Shown one piece after another: positions 58,802 to 64,000 of a DNA stretch of 64,000 bases. Below the pieces are notes generated by a model. That model searched no databases. It was not told the DNA's origin and saw nothing but the letters and a program-made list of their open reading frames with translations. This DNA comes from Klebsormidium nitens (taxonomy: Eukaryota; Plantae; Klebsormidiophyceae). Positions within the stretch are counted from its first letter, which is position 1. Each line of letters starts with the position of its first letter. The stretch is from the NCBI GenBank assembly GCA_000708835.1, contig DF237323.1, forward strand, positions 26,074 to 90,073. The letters run 5' to 3'. The position numbers and the translations under genes are program-made.

Positions 58802-61180
58802 CTTGAAATTGCAGTAGGCGTTTTACGACGGGCTTGCTCCCGTGTCAACAGACATGCCCGCTCGAAGATTCTGGTCTTCGAGTGAAGCTCTAGATCGATG
58901 CAATCCGGGTTTGAGTTCTTTGGCAGCCTTAGCCAATACCCGCCAGCCATATCACAAAGTAGCCTAGCGCCTTGGAGCTTTTCGGAATTTTCTCGAGAAT
59001 GGTGGGAAAAGGACCTGGAACTTGTAGGTTCCTAGTGTCGGTAGCCCAAAATTGGCGCGAAGTTGCTTGGACATAACTGCCCTTTGTACTGAAGGTCCGT
59101 GACAACACAAGCATAGTACACCCATGCACGTTATGTATACCTGAGAATACATAATCAAGCCTTACTTAATCAAGATTTGGATCTGCCTTTGTTGAAATTG
59201 AAGGCTGATCGGATGGCTGCCCGGCCGTGTCTAGGCACCACATACGGGACTGTATTGTAAGGGCCGGGCCGTTTCTATACGTACCAATCCGCAACCATGC
59301 AGGAGCTCATTCATGCATGACGGCGCCGGTGTGATCAAGAAGCATGCAGCTAGACATCCATGACTTTGCTTAAAGCGAATTCGGCCTGAGGTTCATGCGT
59401 TTCGAAGCACGGGAGAACTATATGGGTTCCGAATTTCCAGCGCTATCGGTCGAATTGTAGAGCTAGCACAATCATTGATAAAACCATTCCTAGCCTGCAA
59501 ATTAAAAGGCATGGGGCCGGCTTGCGCTTTTCAAAAGGAAAGACCATGATTGAAGCGTAACAAACACTGAACGACTGTTCATAAATTGCATTGCACGCAG
59601 ACTTACGAGCAATTGGACTCCGTGAGGTCATTTCGAGGTGTTCAAATACTTCTTATAATTACATGTTATTCGACAAGTCCAGGTGCCATGGCATCTTCTT
59701 CACGTTCACCTGAACTCCTGGACAACTTCCTCAATGTCCTAAACGGTGCTCGATAGAATGACTGTCGATCTGGTTAAAACCAATCACTCTTCCACCATGT
59801 GCGTCCCCTTCTCCATCTTGACCGACTCTTACGTCTCATATCATGGTCCTGGAGATAGGCAATAATGAACAAAATTCACTTTCTTGTCAGTGTTTTCGTG
59901 ACTTCTTAAGCTGGCGGATATAATCGAGTTGAATTGGGAACACCGTCTCTTTTGAGAAAGAGTCACAGGGGATGACAAAAGAGGTTTTCTAGACACAAGC
60001 CGGAACATAAAGACAAATTCCGACTTAGTCTTCATTGTCATGATGCTTTCTAAAGAAGCTGCTCTTGCGCACCACTTACAAGTAACTTTGTACAAGAAGG
60101 ACATGACCCTTACACCACTCTCTTTACTCAACTGAACAGCCCACAACCGGATACGTGGGGCGAAGAAAACGAAGTTGGACAAATTCAACTCCAGGCTAGA
60201 ACGGATTCTTTGGTGTGTCCTTTTGAAAGAGTCCAGGCCAGGTCTTTGAAACCAACAGAAAGGCATGCGCACACGACGAGAATGTAATCAAGAAACAGAT
60301 TAAAGATGGACAAACGAGGGTGCGTAGAAGACGTTACCTCTTCCGTTTTCTCCGCGTGAGGCTGTCGGTCTCCACCATATCAACCGGCAAGGCGCCCGCT
60401 TCTGGGGCCTACGGCTGGTCGCCCAAAATCCAGTTCCCTGCCAGTCGGAAAAAGGCGACCATCAGGACGGGAAATGCAGCGAAACAGCTTCCAACCAGAC
60501 ACTTTTCTTCTTGTCCTGCTGAAGCTAGAGCTTTTGCAGCTGAGACAAAAGTTCCGCATCCAGTCAGATACGCCTTTCCGGAGTTTTTCATTTGTTGCCT
60601 GTTCTTGTGCTTGATAACTTGCAAGTGAAACAAAAGCAACAAGTATCGCCCATCTTTAGAAAAACCTCGTCAGGCATGCGCCCGAGGCAAGCATATGAGC
60701 ACTGCACACCTTCTCAAAGCTTGAATTCTGCTCTGATAGAGCAATCCAAAACCATCGCCTCATGGAAAAGTGCTGGAATGATTGGATTCTGGTACCCAGC
60801 CTCTTACTTCCATCACTCGAATTCTTGTGGGTTTACAGTTGGTGAAAAGAGACTGGGAAAGCAATTGGCTTATGCGCGTTTACTGCTCACCTCAATTACC
60901 GTAGTGAGGGCGACAGTCCAGGGCACCACGCAAACGTTGTTTTAAAGGAGCTCCGGTACCTTTGACACATCCCTCTCTAACTCTACTAAAAGCTCGCTCG
61001 TGCCTGCTAGTGAGACTGCTGGTGCGGACCTCCGGGAAATGGCTCAACATTATAGTAGGCGCTTTCTCTTTTGCGCACGTCAGGCCCAGGATTTGCCGGA
61101 AGTCTCAAGCACGCCAAGGGCTTCACTTGTTCCAACTAATAGCGCTGTTTCAGGGAAGAGAGCCCATGCTCTCGAAGTCA

Positions 61181-62353
61181 TCACTCTGTTGTAGCCCGGG
61201 TTCCCATACCCTTTTTCTTCTTTTCATAATACGTCTTGTTGACAACACGCACACATGAGCTGCATCTATGTCCCAGCCCATCTACAGATCCGGAATGGCG
61301 GGGAAACTCGGACGCTCGTTTCTGCTTGCCGCAGGCATTACACTTTTTCGTCTGTCTTGGGAGGTAAATCTGGGTGCCCCTCCTCTTCTGTCTTGCATCC
61401 ATCACTCTCTTACTGCTGCAACTTTTGCACATTTTTGAACGCCCAATTGGACCCCTGTTGGCTACCTTGAATCTTTCGGCATCCTTAACCTCCCCACACT
61501 GGCTGCACCGCATTGGCTGGTCTGTTGGAAGCGACCGCGGCCGAGCAGCTTGCAATGCAGAGTCACAAGCCCTGCAGTAAACCTGCGTCCGATCCTTGCT
61601 CTTAGAACACTTTGCAAAATCCCTGAGTTCCTTTATGAGCCTACATCGACTGCAAACCTTCGCCCTCTCCCATGCCTCCGCCACACTCATCCCCAAGTGA
61701 TGCAGCTCTTTCTGCATGCTCTTCGCCCGCAAAACAGCCAAGCACGCTCGGCACACCTCAGTCCGCCCGTCCATACTCGTAACTGTCTTTTCAAAGTCTA
61801 CTATCAGCTTGGAATGTTCACAGTCTGGGCACGTTTTGACTCGGGTTTCTAACACACTTTCTGTGATTCCAGCAGGGTCTGCATCGGGCTCCACATTGGC
61901 CCCTTCCGAAACGGCTTCCACCCTTCTTCTAGTCAAGTGCCCACCGGAATCTGCTACCGCACCAGGCAAAAAGTGGGCCCCCTCTGCTGACTTTCCAAAC
62001 CTCAGAACCGCACCCCGTCTGCCGCTCACGAAGGTTGTTTTACACTTCTCATCGCAGCACACCGGATACTTCTCAGCGATGCGGCTTCTTGACAGGACAG
62101 CCCGCGTGACCCGCACATGCTCAGCTACTGCGCCCCGAACACCACAAGCCACACTTGACAACTTGCTTGCACTACCCCATGATGCTTCGCCGTTGATGTG
62201 CACCCCTGATGCGGATGCCATTCTTTTTAAGCAAGCAGACAAGCGCCAGACAAGGCGCCTGATTTGACCACTGATCGAGTAGCCCTGAATCCTGATCCTA
62301 GTACCATGTTTCGTGTGTGCATCTCTGACACGGGCAGCAAACTGAGGCGGCAA
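61181..62353 (-). CDS. Protein with four tandem CxxC...CxxC zinc-finger repeats (390 aa, single exon)
   Basis: KTCPDCEHSK..DF..DG....CRAC, KVCSRCRLIK..DF..KD....CRAC, MRCSQCGEVK..RF..IG....CKSC and KKCNACGKQK..EF..DG....CSSC, with a basic C-terminus. Confidence 0.8.
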   Translation of the reverse strand: MPPQFAARVRDAHTKHGTRIRIQGYSISGQIRRLVWRLSACLKRMASASGVHINGEASWGSASKLSSVACGVRGAVAEHVRVTRAVLSRSRIAEKYPVCCDEKCKTTFVSGRRGAVLRFGKSAEGAHFLPGAVADSGGHLTRRRVEAVSEGANVEPDADPAGITESVLETRVKTCPDCEHSKLIVDFEKTVTSMDGRTEVCRACLAVLRAKSMQKELHHLGMSVAEAWERAKVCSRCRLIKELRDFAKCSKSKDRTQVYCRACDSALQAARPRSLPTDQPMRCSQCGEVKDAERFKVANRGPIGRSKMCKSCSSKRVMDARQKRRGTQIYLPRQTKKCNACGKQKRASEFPRHSGSVDGLGHRCSSCVRVVNKTYYEKKKKGMGTRATTE

Positions 62354-62623
62354 ACTCCATTCCTCCTCGACCCTGTCCAGCTTCAGAAATGGAGGGGGTT
62401 AGGCCCAGTTTAAACAGGGTTTCTTTCCGTATCAATATAGTACCGTAGAACTTAACTTTGTCGGAAGGGCCCGGGAAGGCGCAGGAACCGTCGGCGTTTA
62501 AATAGTACCAAAAGGCTTACCTACATTATCCCGTTAGGTAGTAGCGGTGACGGTTCTATTCGCAGTCTTGGTTAACCAAGATTTGGCAAAGGTACAGTAA
62601 CCATGTTGGGTAAAGTGCCTATA

Positions 62624-63402
62624 CACCCGGGTCAATAAGTTTTGTAACGAGCATTATGCCACCATAAACCCTGGTTAACCGCTAACCTCCTACTGCAAAC
62701 CCTATCCCTGTAATCCTGAGTCCGAGTGGAGCATGTTTGGTGGGCAATCTTGAACCATCTCAAGCATCGGGCACAAACGGGGGCATGTTTGAGGGGCATG
62801 TTCAATTGCAAAAAAGAGCAAAAAAGGGGCAAATAAAGCACCATCCGTCAAGGGGGTGCACGCTAGCGGATACGGGCTTTTTGAGTGAAGTAAAGCCATT
62901 GTCTAGCCGGGGACCACCTACAGGCCATATGTTGTGGGGTGAAGGGTACCCAACTCTCAAGCGGGGTGCATATTATGCGTGCGTGAAGATGGGGTTTTAC
63001 GGGAAAAGGGGTGTTTTTCGGTGTTTTTTGAAAAATCGCAACACATTTTCAGGGCCCGGTTATGTGAAGTGCCGAAACTTGACATGCGTAATCTCCATAA
63101 CCTGTGCAACCTTTTTTGAGTCTGTACTAGTATCAAATTCAAGTTTGTTCGCCACCACGGACCCTCGGAAGGCCGATAGGTATCCGCAAGCCTAGCGAGC
63201 CATTTTCGTGGGTTGTGCATTTGATGCTCTGGAACTCCATCAACCGGCGTTTGGTTGACAATCCAACCACATTGAGCAGACCCTAGCAGTGTCTAGCCCG
63301 TGTAAAGATGAAAACGTGCATGTTCAAAAGCCAGGCCACGGGTGAATTTGCGTATTAGGGTTTTGGGAGCGAGTTTGGTTACAAAACTTATTGACCCGGG
63401 TG
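62624..63402. mobile_element. Non-autonomous Tc1/mariner-like DNA transposon (779 bp)
   Basis: Perfect 25-bp TIR CACCCGGGTCAATAAGTTTTGTAAC (62624-62648 and 63378-63402) flanked by TA on both sides; no transposase ORF inside. Confidence 0.85.
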
Positions 63403-64000
63403 TAAATTAGTGGCTCCCGTGAAACTCCGTGAACGCGTCGAAACCCAATTATTACTCAGATGATTTCAACATTTTCACTCGCGTGAACGGTACCGGAGCA
63501 GGGATTCCCGTGGAATTACGCCCCGGCTAGCCAGCCACAGGCAGCCCCCCGGTTGTACCAGCTGGGGAGTAGGCGGTTGGCTCTACCGGTCAGCTGAGCC
63601 CACTACACACCTGTCAATTTTACCAGCTACCGAGGTGGCTGGGTGCCTTCGGCACCAGCCAGGCTCCCTTCCCGGCCAGCCAGGTCCGCCCCAGGCTGCC
63701 AGTTGTGGGAATCCCTGTACCGCAGTGAGCACACCGCTCGTCACCTACATTATTGTACCTAGCTGCCGGTAGTATACAGATATCGGCACCACGTGTAACG
63801 GCGCTAGCTTTCCGAGCCCTTCGCGGGGATCCCCTGGTAGCTATACGCGCGCGGGTCGCGCGGACTTGTGTCATTAACGCGCAGTGCGGCCACGAGTAAA
63901 ACCCCAAGCCAGATCCGCCGTCGGATGGCCGGATCCGGTTGAATTCAAAACGGACATACTGTCTGAGTCTATGCATGTGCACGTACTGCAAGTCTGCGAC

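Noticed and set aside
1-64000. tRNA, rRNA or prokaryotic operon/defence systems
   Set aside because: No cloverleaf, rRNA signature, Shine-Dalgarno/operon structure or cas/RM genes were seen; all supported genes are eukaryotic in style.

Overview
This is eukaryotic genomic DNA with GT-AG introns and one 20-N assembly gap. It is probably a streptophyte green alga such as Klebsormidium, which is my inference from intron style and gene content. There are four zones. (1) 1-20 kb: a + strand array of about 12 decayed, tandem copies of a lipase-like gene segment. Many copies are preceded by a G-box pair spaced 10 bp apart, and small inverted-repeat elements are inserted in the array. (2) 21-27 kb: a spliced, low-complexity gene or pseudogene on the + strand. 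(3) 27.9-47 kb: three tandem, roughly 6.5-7 kb multi-exon paralogs on the - strand. Each encodes an unrecognised multidomain protein with N-terminal helical domains, a conserved unknown middle domain, and a C-terminal class-3-lipase-like fold whose nucleophile motif reads AHGLG instead of GHSLG in all three copies. (4) 48-64 kb: an intact 7-exon Y-family DNA polymerase iota-like gene (1293 aa, with a roughly 380-aa palm insertion, UBZ and PIP box), coiled-coil (pseudo)genes, a CxxC-repeat zinc-finger ORF and a TA-flanked non-autonomous Tc1/mariner-like element. The most novel candidate system is the expanding and decaying pseudo-lipase gene family. All alignments were made by eye against remembered consensus motifs; no database searches were run.
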